The notes: generated by a model from the letters alone, not told the origin. DNA of 64,000 nucleotides from an uncultured Acidobacteriota bacterium (GCA_963822445.1 CAWGHO010000002.1:1120001-1184000); one strand, 5' to 3'; numbered from the stretch's first letter, positions 42,465 to 52,473 are shown. Program-made: numbers and translations.

Positions 42465-42989
42465 ATGGAAGACTGGCCACACGCCCCAATCCACCGCTTC
42501 GGCGACGAAACGACTTTCTTCATCACCGGCGCGACGTATCAGAAGCAGCACTTCTATCGCGACGCCACTGCCCTGGACGAACTGCAGGCGATCCTTTTCG
42601 CGAAAGCGCAGGCGCACGGATGCTGGCTCCAAGCTTGGGCGCTGCTTTCGAACCACTACCACCTGGTGGTTCGGTCGCAAGGCGGCGACAACATCCGCAG
42701 AATGCTCAATCGCGTTCATGCCGAAGCCGCGATTGCGCTGAATCGGCGCGACCAAACAGCCGGGCGTCAGGTCTGGTTTCAGTACTGGGATAAGACGCTG
42801 ACGTTCGAAGCCTCGTGGCTCACGAGACTTCGCTACACCCATGAAAACGCGGTTCATCACGGGCTCGTACGAGATGCGCGGAAGTACCGATGGTGTTCGG
42901 CGGGCTGGTTCGAGAGGACGGCGCCACGGACGTTTGTGGCGACCGTTGCGCATATGAAGATCGATCGCCTGAATGTCTACGAGCCTTAG
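42465..42989 (+). mobile_element. REP-associated tyrosine transposase (RAYT, Y1 HUH family)
   Basis: FFIT, HUH motif NHYH, QVW..YWD, RYTHENAVHHGLV...YRWCS; flanked by inverted REPs. Confidence 0.88.
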
Positions 42990-43019
42990 CAAAGCGGTGG
43001 CTATGCCACCGCACTCCTA
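42981..43019 (-). repeat. Right REP of the RAYT locus (inverted)
   Basis: Reverse complement TA-GGAG-T-GCGGTGGC-ATA-GCCACCGC-TTTG. Confidence 0.85.
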
Positions 43020-43897
43020 AACTCCAGAAACCAGGGTTCGCGGCGGCCGAATTTGGTGGCGAGGGCTACACCTACGCCGAACACCGAGGCCAGGCCCCAC
43101 ACCAGCGTGCCGATCACGGGGATCAGGCGGATTCCGCCGAGGATCAGCACCCCAACCACCACCATCGCCAAATCCCCGCGGAACCATTTGCGTTTCGCGA
43201 GTTGATCGCGACTCCGCGAGCCGGCGATGAGGGTGCCGATGGCGTGGAACATCGCGATCATGCCGTAGACCTTGGTGAGGATGGCGAAGACGCCGAGCGC
43301 GGCGAGGAGCGGTATGCCGATCACGTACGGCACGAGGTACGAGAAGGCGATCGCGGTGAGCACGAACGAAGTGAGGGCGACCAGGCCGAGCACGAAGCAA
43401 TGCAGCGCGCTGGTGCGAACCTCCACCGACGACAGGCGGATCTCGCGGCCGCTCATCAGCGTCACCACGATCGCGGCGAAGAGCCACACCAGCAGCAGCG
43501 AGGCGACGATCGCGTTCTTCGTCAGCGACGCGGCCGCACCTTCGAGCGACGCCAGCGGATAGACGCGGCCGCCGACGCGATTCTCGGCACCGCGCACCGT
43601 GCTCGCGGCATGAATGAGGTTTCCGTTCACCCGTCCGCGGCCGGTGAAGGCGACCGTTCCGCCGAGAACGAGCAGGTCGCCGGTGATGACTTCACGAACC
43701 TGGACCGAGCCGCCGTAAACCTGCACGGTTCCCGCGATCGGCGCGTTGACCTCGCCGTCCTGATTGAAAAAGTACGAGTCCCTGCCCGTCGAGATGCCGT
43801 CCCGCTCCGCGCCCGTCGCGCCGGTGGGCGACAAAACACCGAGCAGCGCGAGAAGCGCGCTGATCGTGATCAACGGAACGACAAGCCGCCTATACAT
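43001..43897 (-). CDS. Membrane protein with bactofilin-like beta-helix and several TMs
   Basis: Signal/TM, VQVYGGSVQV..VITGDLLVLGGTV..GRVNG, then hydrophobic helices; third gene of the ECF operon. Confidence 0.75.
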   Translation of the reverse strand: MYRRLVVPLITISALLALLGVLSPTGATGAERDGISTGRDSYFFNQDGEVNAPIAGTVQVYGGSVQVREVITGDLLVLGGTVAFTGRGRVNGNLIHAASTVRGAENRVGGRVYPLASLEGAAASLTKNAIVASLLLVWLFAAIVVTLMSGREIRLSSVEVRTSALHCFVLGLVALTSFVLTAIAFSYLVPYVIGIPLLAALGVFAILTKVYGMIAMFHAIGTLIAGSRSRDQLAKRKWFRGDLAMVVVGVLILGGIRLIPVIGTLVWGLASVFGVGVALATKFGRREPWFLEFRSAVA

Positions 43898-44336
43898 CGA
43901 TTCCCTTCGGCGCGCGGCGCAGCAGGAGGAACAGGATCGTATTGATCGCCACGAACGACACCGCGATCGCGACGTGCCACGCCATCGGCGCCTTGTGCAG
44001 CGCACCGCCGGCGAGATGCGAGAGGTTGACCATCAGATCGAGCGACGGAACCGCCGAGGTCACCGCGCGCGCGATGCCGCTCAGCGGCGAGATGCCCGCG
44101 GCCAGGAACAACACCACGGCGAGAATCATCATCGCCGCCACACCAGCCGCCACGAGCGGCCACGTGCGATGCGACGCACCTTCCCACGCCGCCATCGGCA
44201 GCGCGTCGAGCGCAATCGGACGCGCCTGCACGACGATCTCCTCGTCAAGCTCCTCGGTGATGGCGCGGCACGCCGCACACGACTCGGCGTGCGCCGCATT
44301 GGCCTCGGGATCCTGCAGGTATTCCTCACAAGTCAT
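43890..44336 (-). CDS. Zinc-binding anti-sigma factor
   Basis: MTC...HAESCAAC (HxxxCxxC) plus two TMs, coupled to the ECF sigma. Confidence 0.82.
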   Translation of the reverse strand: MTCEEYLQDPEANAAHAESCAACRAITEELDEEIVVQARPIALDALPMAAWEGASHRTWPLVAAGVAAMMILAVVLFLAAGISPLSGIARAVTSAVPSLDLMVNLSHLAGGALHKAPMAWHVAIAVSFVAINTILFLLLRRAPKGIDV

Positions 44337-44920
44337 AACGGTTCCACGAATGATCCGAGCGCCTCCTTCAGTAGATTACGCGCTCGGAACAGCTTGTTCT
44401 TGACGGTGCCGAGGGGCAGCTTCTTCATCGAAGCGATCTCCTCGTAGGACAGCTCGGCGAAATGCCGGAGCTGGATCAGCTCACGATAATCCGGCGGCAG
44501 TTTCGCCACCGCGGTATCGATCGCGGAACTGAGTTGCTTGTTCTTCAGGGCCCGGTACGGCGAAACGCCGCCGTCCGCGAACTCACGCTCTTTGCCCGAC
44601 GGCTCGTCTTCGGTCGGCCTGGCCAGAGGAACTTCGGAGATCGACTTCTTCCGCAGCGCGTCGATGGCGCTGTTCTGGGCGATCCGGAAGAGCCAGGTCG
44701 AGAACTGGTACTTCGGATCGTAGCGGTCTAGGGCCAGGTACACCTTGACGAAGATCTCCTGCGTCAGATCGTGAGCCTCTTCGTAGCGATGGGTGATCCG
44801 GTAGACGTAATTGATGAGCCGCTTTTCGTAACGGGACATCAGTACGCCGAAAAGATCCCGGTCGCCGCCGAGGACCCGCGTCACTAAGGCGCGGTCATCG
44901 AGCTGCTCACGCTCTGCCAT
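44333..44920 (-). CDS. ECF sigma factor (SigW-like)
   Basis: DLTQEIFVKVY, FSTWLFRIAQN, LSYEEIA, GTVKNKLFRAR. Confidence 0.92.
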   Translation of the reverse strand: MAEREQLDDRALVTRVLGGDRDLFGVLMSRYEKRLINYVYRITHRYEEAHDLTQEIFVKVYLALDRYDPKYQFSTWLFRIAQNSAIDALRKKSISEVPLARPTEDEPSGKEREFADGGVSPYRALKNKQLSSAIDTAVAKLPPDYRELIQLRHFAELSYEEIASMKKLPLGTVKNKLFRARNLLKEALGSFVEPL

Positions 44921-44926
44921 CGGTTC

Positions 44927-44952
44927 TACGGTTCCGGCCGCGGAAGGTTGCC
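44927..44952 (-). promoter_or_regulatory. Candidate autoregulatory ECF promoter
   Basis: GGCAAC-N16-CGTA ending 6 nt before the sigma ATG. Confidence 0.65.
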
Positions 44953-44980
44953 AATCGGGGGCGATGATAACCTGCGTGGA

Positions 44981-45700
44981 GTGATCGAAATCCGTGATCT
45001 GACAAAGAAATACGGCGCGTTCACCGCCGTCGACGGGATCAGCTTCCGCGCTGTCCCCGGTCAGATTTTCGGCTTCCTCGGCCCTAACGGCGCCGGGAAA
45101 ACGACCACCATCCGGATCGTGGCCGGCCTTTCCCTGCCGACGTCCGGAACCGTGCTCGTCAACGGGATTGACGTCGCCGCGGAGCCCGTTCGCGCGAAAG
45201 CGGTCATGGGTTACGTGCCGGACCGGCCGTATTTGTACGAAAAGCTGACCGGCCGCGAGCTGCTCCATTTCGTCGCCGATCTCTATCGGAAAGAGTGGCG
45301 GACGTGCGAGCCCGGCGCGGTCGAGCTTCTCCGCTACTTCGGCCTCGGCGACTGGATCGACGCGCGGATCGAGAACCTCTCCCACGGCATGAAGCAGAAG
45401 CTCGTGCTCGTCTCGGCGCTGGTTCACGACCCGGCGGTGCTGGTGATCGACGAGCCGATGGTCGGCCTCGACGCGCTCGCGCAACGACAGGTCAAAGTGC
45501 TCTTCCGCCGGCTGGCCGGCGAGGGCAAGACCGTGCTGCTGACGACGCACACGCTTTCGGTCGCGGAAGCTGTGTGCGATCAGATCGCGATCATCAACCG
45601 CGGGCGGATCGTCGCCACGGGCACGACCGCCGAGCTGAAGAAGGACACCGCCCTCGAAGACGCTTTCCTGGAGCTGACGTACGACACGAATCCGGCTTGA
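44981..45700 (+). CDS. ABC-2-type ATP-binding protein (no adjacent permease)
   Basis: GPNGAGKTT, LSHGMKQK, IDEP, TTH. Confidence 0.9.
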   Translation: MIEIRDLTKKYGAFTAVDGISFRAVPGQIFGFLGPNGAGKTTTIRIVAGLSLPTSGTVLVNGIDVAAEPVRAKAVMGYVPDRPYLYEKLTGRELLHFVADLYRKEWRTCEPGAVELLRYFGLGDWIDARIENLSHGMKQKLVLVSALVHDPAVLVIDEPMVGLDALAQRQVKVLFRRLAGEGKTVLLTTHTLSVAEAVCDQIAIINRGRIVATGTTAELKKDTALEDAFLELTYDTNPA

Positions 45701-46496
45701 CGACCTTCGCGCGCATCACCGCGAGGACGCGCTGCAGCGCGGTGTGAATCCGCGCGACGTCGACCTGCTCCTCACCGACCTCCTCGGCAAGTCGATGACC
45801 TTCCTCCTGGCGAACGGCGAGATGCTCGTCGATCCGTTGCCACTCGAGCCGTTGCTGCAGCGGCGCTACTCGGGCGAGCCGCTGCAGTACATCCGCGGGA
45901 AGACCGAGTTCTACTCGCGCGAATACCTCGTCGACGATCGCGTGCTCATTCCGCGGCCGGAGACGGAGCTGCTCGTCGAAACGGCGCTCGAGCGCGCCCA
46001 AAAAGGTGCGCGAGTCCTGGACATCGGAACGGGAAGCGGTTGCGTGGCCATCTCCATCGAGCGCGAGCGCGGCGATCTGCGCGTGACGTCCGTCGATCGA
46101 TCCGTTGACGCGTTGGCGGTCGCGAAGAAGAACAGGGACCGCCTCGCATCGAACGTGAGCCTCGCGGCCTCGGATCTCCTGTCGTCCCTGCGCAACTCGT
46201 TCGACGTGATCGTCTCGAATCCGCCATACGTGCCGCTCGCGGAGTACGAGGAGCTCGTCGACGAGGTGCGGGTTCACGAGCCGCGCATGGCACTGACGCC
46301 GGGCAAAAAGGGGACGGAGATCATTCAGCGGATTCTGAAAGAGGCCCGCGCGAAGCTGGTGATTCTCGAGGTCGGATACGGACAGGAAGCGGCGATCCGC
46401 AAGCTCGCCGCGGCGACGAAATGGAACGTCGACGACTTCCTCCCCGACCTCGCGGGCATTCCGCGCGTTGTCGTACTATCGCCGCATGCCCGCTAA
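45697..46496 (+). CDS. prmC: Release factor glutamine methyltransferase (probable frameshift near 45720)
   Basis: GEPLQYI, LIPRPETE, DIGTGSG, SNPPY. Confidence 0.92.
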
Positions 46497-46839
46497 CGAC
46501 AAATGCCTCTTCTGCCGCATCGCTTCCGGCGAGATTCCGGCGAAGAAAGTGCACGAAGACGCGGACGTCGTCGCCTTCCACGACATCAATCCGCAGGCGC
46601 CGACGCATGTGCTGGTCATTCCCCGCAAACACATCGCCATGCTCAATGACCTGAGTGACGCCGATGCCGCGACGATCGGCACGACGATCGTGCGCGCGTC
46701 AGAGATCGCCCGCGACTTGCGCCTGCACGATGACGGGTACCGGCTCGTGGTGAACAACGGGGAGGGGGCCGGGCAGACGGTGTTTCACATTCACGTGCAC
46801 ATCCTCGGGGGACGTGCATTCGGTTGGCCGCCCGGCTAA
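46486..46839 (+). CDS. hinT: Histidine triad nucleotide-binding protein
   Basis: CLFCRI, DINPQAPTH, GQTVFHIHVH, GWPPG. Confidence 0.93.
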   Translation: MPANDKCLFCRIASGEIPAKKVHEDADVVAFHDINPQAPTHVLVIPRKHIAMLNDLSDADAATIGTTIVRASEIARDLRLHDDGYRLVVNNGEGAGQTVFHIHVHILGGRAFGWPPG

Positions 46840-48716
46840 GCCGGGGGCGGGACGCGGAATCGCGTCCCCTGGAACGTCATCCTGCCGCTCTTCCGCCGCG
46901 CACCCTTCCGCTGCGCGACGAAGTCTTCCTTCGCTTCGCGCAACGTGCTGGGCACATACGTCGCGCCGGCATTTAGGGTCTTGCTGCGATCGCGCGAGAA
47001 CGCTGAGCCGCCGGCGACGATCGCGAGATCGGGGAAATTTGCGGACAGCAACTGCAGCAGGGCGATGCCCTGGTCGAGATGGTCGGAGTTCGCGCAGGAC
47101 ACGAAGACCGCTTCCGGCTTGACCTCGTTGATGAACGCGACCAGCTCCTGCTCGGGCAGGTCGGTGAAGTAATCGGTCGTATACCCCTCGGTCCGCAGGA
47201 GTTGCGTGAGCATCAGCGTGCCGAGAGAGAGGCGCTCGCCGGCGACGGAGACCGCGACGATGTGGCGCTCCGGATCGGGTGTGCCGGCGTTGCGGTCGCC
47301 GAAGCGGATGATCAGCTCGCGCACGACGTCCTTGATGAAGTGATCATGCGCCGGGGTGATGCGCTTCCGCTCGAGCTCTTCCGCGGCGAACGTCAGCGTG
47401 GGGATGAAGAGATCGGTGAACATCTCTTCCATCGTCGCCGACTCGGCATAACGGTCCGCGATCGCAATCGCGCCCGTTCGATCGCGCAAGAGCAGCCGGT
47501 TGTAGAAGCTGAGGTAGCCCTCGAGCGGATCCTCGCTGCCGAACATGATCGAGAAGATGCGCAGCGCCGGGATGAACTCGCCGCCGACGGTCAGGCACAC
47601 GACGATCGGAGTCGCGAGGAGCAGTCCGACCGGTCCCCACAACCAGCCCCAGAAGATGGCCGCGAAGAGCAGCGCGATCGGTGAGACGCCGACGCGATGG
47701 CCGACCACGATCGGCTCGATGAAGCCGCCGATGAGTTGATCGCTGAACACGAACAGGCCGAGGACGGCCAGGGCGGTGTACCAGTTCGGAAAGACGGCGA
47801 AGGCGAGGAAAGTCGGCGCGGCCGCGCTGAGCACCGCGCCGATGTACGGAACGAAACGGAGCAATCCCGCGAGCACGCCCCACAACGCGGCGTGCGGCAC
47901 CTGCAGCAGCCAGAGTCCGAGCCCGATCAACACGCCGAAGCCGAGATTGAGCAAGGCGATGGTCAAGAGATAGCGGCTGATGCGTTGCGAGGTCTCGCCG
48001 ATGGCCTGCGTGGTGACCGTGAGATGCGCGCGGCCGGCGAGGCGCAGCAATTTGTCGCGGAGTTGCTCGCGATCCCTGAGAAGAAAGAAGACGACCACCA
48101 CGACCAGGAATCCGGCCGCGACTGCTTCGACAGTCGGAGCTACTTCTTCATATCGATCGCCGAGGGTCTTCCGGTCGGGGATCACGCGGACTTTCAAATC
48201 TTCGCGTTCCGGACGATCCCGAGCTTCGGCCACGCGTTGCAGCGTGCGCTCGACCACTTCGAACGTCCCGCCGCCGGTGCGCCGAATGAACTGCAGCTTG
48301 CGATCGACGTTCGCGTTCGTGGCCGCGGTACTGACCGTTTTCGCGACCGCGCTGAATTGCTGATAGAGCCACCACCCGCCGAACGCGAGGGCCGTGCTGG
48401 TCAGGCCGAGGGCCAGAACGATCGCGCCTGTGCGGCGGATGAACGTCCGCTCGAGCCGCACCACGATCGGCGTGAGCATGAACGCGAAGAGGATCGCCAG
48501 AGCAATCGGAACGACGACCGGCTTCGCCAGATGCAGCACGGCCACGACGATGGCCGTGCCGAAGAGGATGCGGCCGCTGGACGCACGACGGCTCTCCGCG
48601 CGCTTATCGCCTGGCTGCTCGAGCGTCGGCTGGCGCGCGGTGATCGTCGGCCGCCGCATGGACAGCGTGCGATCGAACCGATCGGTATCTTCGTTTTCGT
48701 CGTCGTAGTTGGGCAC
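46836..48716 (-). CDS. AI-2E-family transporter fused to a cobalamin-binding-like domain
   Basis: LRFVPYIG, IEP, WGWLWGPVGLLLATP; C-terminal helical cap plus Rossmann domain GERLSLG...AGGSAF. Confidence 0.85.
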   Translation of the reverse strand: MPNYDDENEDTDRFDRTLSMRRPTITARQPTLEQPGDKRAESRRASSGRILFGTAIVVAVLHLAKPVVVPIALAILFAFMLTPIVVRLERTFIRRTGAIVLALGLTSTALAFGGWWLYQQFSAVAKTVSTAATNANVDRKLQFIRRTGGGTFEVVERTLQRVAEARDRPEREDLKVRVIPDRKTLGDRYEEVAPTVEAVAAGFLVVVVVFFLLRDREQLRDKLLRLAGRAHLTVTTQAIGETSQRISRYLLTIALLNLGFGVLIGLGLWLLQVPHAALWGVLAGLLRFVPYIGAVLSAAAPTFLAFAVFPNWYTALAVLGLFVFSDQLIGGFIEPIVVGHRVGVSPIALLFAAIFWGWLWGPVGLLLATPIVVCLTVGGEFIPALRIFSIMFGSEDPLEGYLSFYNRLLLRDRTGAIAIADRYAESATMEEMFTDLFIPTLTFAAEELERKRITPAHDHFIKDVVRELIIRFGDRNAGTPDPERHIVAVSVAGERLSLGTLMLTQLLRTEGYTTDYFTDLPEQELVAFINEVKPEAVFVSCANSDHLDQGIALLQLLSANFPDLAIVAGGSAFSRDRSKTLNAGATYVPSTLREAKEDFVAQRKGARRKSGRMTFQGTRFRVPPPA

Positions 48717-48737
48717 TGAGCGCGTAGTTTAGAGGAG

Positions 48738-50840
48738 TCAATGGCGCGCGGCGCGGCGTTTCGGAGCGGCACATGTGTTGATGCGCGGGAATCCCGCGTC
48801 GAGCACGTCCGTGGCGTCGTCGCCGTTGAAGTCGCCGATCCGGGTCTCGCGGGCAGTGGAACGGAGCTTCGGCTGCAACAGCAGCCGGCCGGTACCATCA
48901 CCGAGCATCAGGGCCATCCAGCCCTCGTCCGCGGAACTGCCGCCTTCGGTGACCAACACGTCCGGAATCCCGTCGCGATTGAAGTCCCGGACGTGAAGAG
49001 CCGTGACGTTGACACCGGCGGCGTCGACGGTGAAGTCGGCCGTTTTAATGAAACCGCCGGCCCGGCCGAGGTAAACGCGAACCGTGCTGCCTACGGTTGT
49101 GATGAGGTCCAGGCGGCCGTCCCGGTTCATGTCGGCTACCTGAACCCGCTCCCACTGCTGGAACGGCGTCAGTGTGAACGCACCCTTGCCGTCATTCATC
49201 GCGAGCCAACCGTCGTTGACGGCGAGGTCGATGTCGCCGTCACCGTCCAGGTCACCAGTGGCCACGGCACCGCTGAAGACGGCCCCGTGAGGAGAGGCGA
49301 CGAAACCACCCTTCCCATCGCTGAGCGCGATCGCGGTTTCCTGAGATCCCGTAAGAATTGCATCGAGATCCCCATCGCCGTCCACATCCGCGACGGTCAG
49401 GTCGTCCTTGTTTGTACCCGTCCGATACAGCGGGCCCGCGGGCCCGAGACCGCCACGACCGTCGCCGAACCGGACCACCAGACCGCGCGTAGCCAGGTTG
49501 CGGTTGCCGTACAAAACGACGTCGAGATGGCCGTCGCCGTTCATGTCCGCGGCGTGCGCCAGTCGATAACTCTTGTTGACGTAGTACTCCGCCTCGGAGA
49601 TCGCCGTGAACTGTCCGCGCGAATCCGCAAGGCGCAAGCCGTATTCATCGATCAGATCGTCGCGGCCGTCGTCATTGAAATCGCCGACCGCGACCGCTTC
49701 GGTCGCGAAAGGGGGGCTATCGAACGCACCCTTTCCGTCGTTTTTCAGAATTGAGAAGCCGTCCTCCGTGACGGCGGCGACGTCGATGTCTCCGTCCAGA
49801 TCGACGTCGGCGACAGCGATGCTCCCCCCGAGATCGGTGTCGGGAACCCAGTGACCTGCCGCCGGCAGTTGCATGGTGCCGCGAGAGCCGAACAGCACGC
49901 TGAGCCCGAATGTGAAATCGCGCTCCGCCAGGTCGTCGATCCCATCGCCGTTGAAGTCGGCCACTGCGGACGGGGCAAAGCTTCCGGGTGGCGTCTGTAC
50001 CGTGATTCGCTCGACCTGGCTCTCGGGATTCGCCGCGCGCCGAATCACGTCCAGCCAGACATTCGGCGTGAAGAAAGCGATGTCCTTTGCACCGTCGCCA
50101 TCGATATCGCCGATCCCGATGCTGGTCGGGTACGGCTGCGTTGTGGGGATGACGCGAGGCGCGCCGAGGCCGTCCGGTTCGCCGCGAAAGATGAGCAATT
50201 GACCGGTGGTCGCGGATTCCGCGCGCCCCAGAATCAACTCGTCGCGCCCATCTCGGTCGAGATCGCCCGCCGCGTGGCCCCCGACGGTACCCGCGGCAAG
50301 CAGCGTTTCCTGTTCGAACGTGCCGTCGCCGCGACTGAGGAACAACTGCGCTCCGATAAAAAAGGCGGCAAAGTCGTCCCGGCGGTCGCCGTTGAAATCG
50401 CCGGAGACCACGTACAGGAAGTCCTCGGATCCCACATTGGCGAGAAGGCCCGTCTGGCGCAGGGTTCCGCCCTCATTCATCAGGATATGGACGTCGCGGA
50501 AGCTGGTGTAGACGAGGTCATCGTCGCCATCGCCGTCAAAGTCTCCAGCCGCGATATCGGTGACGCGGTGAGGGAGAGCGATCTCCTGCGAGGCGTTCCA
50601 GGTCTGACCGTTGCCGGGAATGACCAGGATGCTGCCTATGCGATCGTTCGGTTGCGAGCCGGCGATGATGAGGTCCGGCCAGGCATCGCGATTGAGGTTG
50701 ACGAAGGCCAGCGTCCACGGGGTTGCCTCCCCGCCGTACAACTCAGCGACGCCGGAAAAGCCGACGGTTTCGCACCCTGCGCCGGCGACAGGCGTGGCCG
50801 CGAGCAGTAATGCCCACAGCATCAGCGCCCGCCCGGACAT
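48738..50840 (-). CDS. Secreted FG-GAP/VCBS repeat protein
   Basis: Signal peptide; more than ten GD(F/L)(N/D)GDGxxD motifs; ends APKRRAARH. Confidence 0.9.
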   Translation of the reverse strand: MSGRALMLWALLLAATPVAGAGCETVGFSGVAELYGGEATPWTLAFVNLNRDAWPDLIIAGSQPNDRIGSILVIPGNGQTWNASQEIALPHRVTDIAAGDFDGDGDDDLVYTSFRDVHILMNEGGTLRQTGLLANVGSEDFLYVVSGDFNGDRRDDFAAFFIGAQLFLSRGDGTFEQETLLAAGTVGGHAAGDLDRDGRDELILGRAESATTGQLLIFRGEPDGLGAPRVIPTTQPYPTSIGIGDIDGDGAKDIAFFTPNVWLDVIRRAANPESQVERITVQTPPGSFAPSAVADFNGDGIDDLAERDFTFGLSVLFGSRGTMQLPAAGHWVPDTDLGGSIAVADVDLDGDIDVAAVTEDGFSILKNDGKGAFDSPPFATEAVAVGDFNDDGRDDLIDEYGLRLADSRGQFTAISEAEYYVNKSYRLAHAADMNGDGHLDVVLYGNRNLATRGLVVRFGDGRGGLGPAGPLYRTGTNKDDLTVADVDGDGDLDAILTGSQETAIALSDGKGGFVASPHGAVFSGAVATGDLDGDGDIDLAVNDGWLAMNDGKGAFTLTPFQQWERVQVADMNRDGRLDLITTVGSTVRVYLGRAGGFIKTADFTVDAAGVNVTALHVRDFNRDGIPDVLVTEGGSSADEGWMALMLGDGTGRLLLQPKLRSTARETRIGDFNGDDATDVLDAGFPRINTCAAPKRRAARH

Positions 50841-50843
50841 GGC

Positions 50844-52349
50844 TTACTTTTCCTTCCACCGCAAAATCGGCTGTCTCGCGGCCCGCGCCTCATCCAGCCG
50901 GCGCACCGGCGTGGTGTGCGGCGCGCTGCGGACGAGCTCCGGGCGCTCCTGGGTCTCGCGGGCGATGGCGATCATCGCGTCGCAGAACGCGTCGAGCTCT
51001 TCCTTCGGCTCGCTCTCGGTGGGCTCGATCATCAGCGCTCCGGAGACGATCAGCGGGAAGTAGATCGTCGGCGGATGGAAGCCGTAGTCCATGAGCCGCT
51101 TGGCGATGTCGAGCGTGTGCACGTCCTTCGGCGACTGGAGCTTGTCCGAGAACACGACCTCGTGCAGCGACGGCGCGTCGTACGGCAGGTGATACGTGCC
51201 TTTGAGCCGCGCGCGGATGTAGTTCGCGTTGAGCACGGCGATCTGCGCAATGCGGCGCAGGCCGGTCGGACCCATCGAGCGCATGTACGTCAGGGCGCGC
51301 ACGAGCACGTTGAAGTTGCCGTTGAACGCGCGCATGCGGCCGATCGAGTCGGGGTGATTGAAGTCGGTGTAGAACGTTCCGTCTTCGTGGCGCTCGATGG
51401 TCGGCGTCGGCACGAACGGAATCAGGGCCTTGCTCACACCCACCGGTCCCGCGCCCGGCCCGCCCCCGCCGTGCGGCGTGGAGAAGGTTTTGTGCAGGTT
51501 CGAGTGGATGACGTCGATGCCCATGTCGCCGGGGCGGGCGATGCCGACGAACGAGTTGAGATTCGCGCCGTCGCAGTACAGATACGCACCCTTCGCGTGA
51601 AGGATGTCCGCCATCGCTTTGATCTCGGACTCGAACACGCCGAGGGTGTTCGGGACGGTGATCATCAGCGCGGCGCAGTCTTCGGTTACGGCGGCTTCGA
51701 GCGTCGACAGATCGACGGTGCCTTTGCTGTTCGACTTCAGTTCCTTGATCTCGTAACCCGCGAATGCTGCCGACGCGGGGTTGGTGCCGTGCGCCGAGTC
51801 GGGGATGAGGATGTACTTGCGCGCGTTGCCGCTCTTGGCGAGGGCCTTGTGCACCATGAGGATGCCGGTGAGCTCGCCGTGCGCGCCCGCGACGGGCTGC
51901 AGCGTCACCCGCGGCATGCCGAAGATCTCCTTCAGCGTCTGCTCGAGATGCCAGAGCAGCTCGAGATTGCCCTGCACCTGATGATCGGGCTGCAGCGGAT
52001 GCGACAGCGCGAAGCCGGGCGTGCGCGCGATCTCTTCGTTGATGCGCGGGTTGTGCTTCATCGTGCACGAGCCGAGCGGATACAGCCCGGCGTCGATGGA
52101 CATGTTCAGTTTCGAGAGGCGGGTGAAGTGGCGGATGACGTCCGCTTCGGAGACTTCCAGCTCACCGGCGATCTCGTCGCGGCGCATCGAGGCGGCGAGC
52201 AGATCGTCGAGCGGCTGCTCCGGGACATCGAGAGCGGGAAGCTGATAGCCGCGGCGGCCGGCTTTCGACCGCTCGAAGATCAGCGGCTCGAGGGCCGATT
52301 TCGGCGCGGTTTCTTTCTGTTCGGTGGGCGGTTCAACGATCGACGTCAT
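50844..52349 (-). CDS. gcvPB: Glycine dehydrogenase subunit 2
   Basis: YPLGSCTMK, AHGTNPASA, NLHKTFSTPHGGGGPG, MIEPTESE. Confidence 0.95.
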   Translation of the reverse strand: MTSIVEPPTEQKETAPKSALEPLIFERSKAGRRGYQLPALDVPEQPLDDLLAASMRRDEIAGELEVSEADVIRHFTRLSKLNMSIDAGLYPLGSCTMKHNPRINEEIARTPGFALSHPLQPDHQVQGNLELLWHLEQTLKEIFGMPRVTLQPVAGAHGELTGILMVHKALAKSGNARKYILIPDSAHGTNPASAAFAGYEIKELKSNSKGTVDLSTLEAAVTEDCAALMITVPNTLGVFESEIKAMADILHAKGAYLYCDGANLNSFVGIARPGDMGIDVIHSNLHKTFSTPHGGGGPGAGPVGVSKALIPFVPTPTIERHEDGTFYTDFNHPDSIGRMRAFNGNFNVLVRALTYMRSMGPTGLRRIAQIAVLNANYIRARLKGTYHLPYDAPSLHEVVFSDKLQSPKDVHTLDIAKRLMDYGFHPPTIYFPLIVSGALMIEPTESEPKEELDAFCDAMIAIARETQERPELVRSAPHTTPVRRLDEARAARQPILRWKEK

Positions 52350-52361
52350 CGGGGTTCCTCT

Positions 52362-52471
52362 CGTACGGCGGCCGTCCCGGCCGCTTCGCGACGGGCGTTC
52401 CGCCCGGCGCACTTCGGAGATGTCGCCGGGCGAGACGCCCGTCGATTTGCGGGCGGGACGCCCGCCGTACG
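52362..52471. repeat. Nested inverted repeat (REPIN-like) between gcvPA and gcvPB
   Basis: CGTACGGCGGCCGTCCCGGCCGC pairs with GCGGGCGGGACGCCCGCCGTACG; inner arms CGACGGGCGTTCCGCCCGGCG / CGCCGGGCGAGACGCCCGTCG. Confidence 0.8.
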
Positions 52472-52473
52472 GC

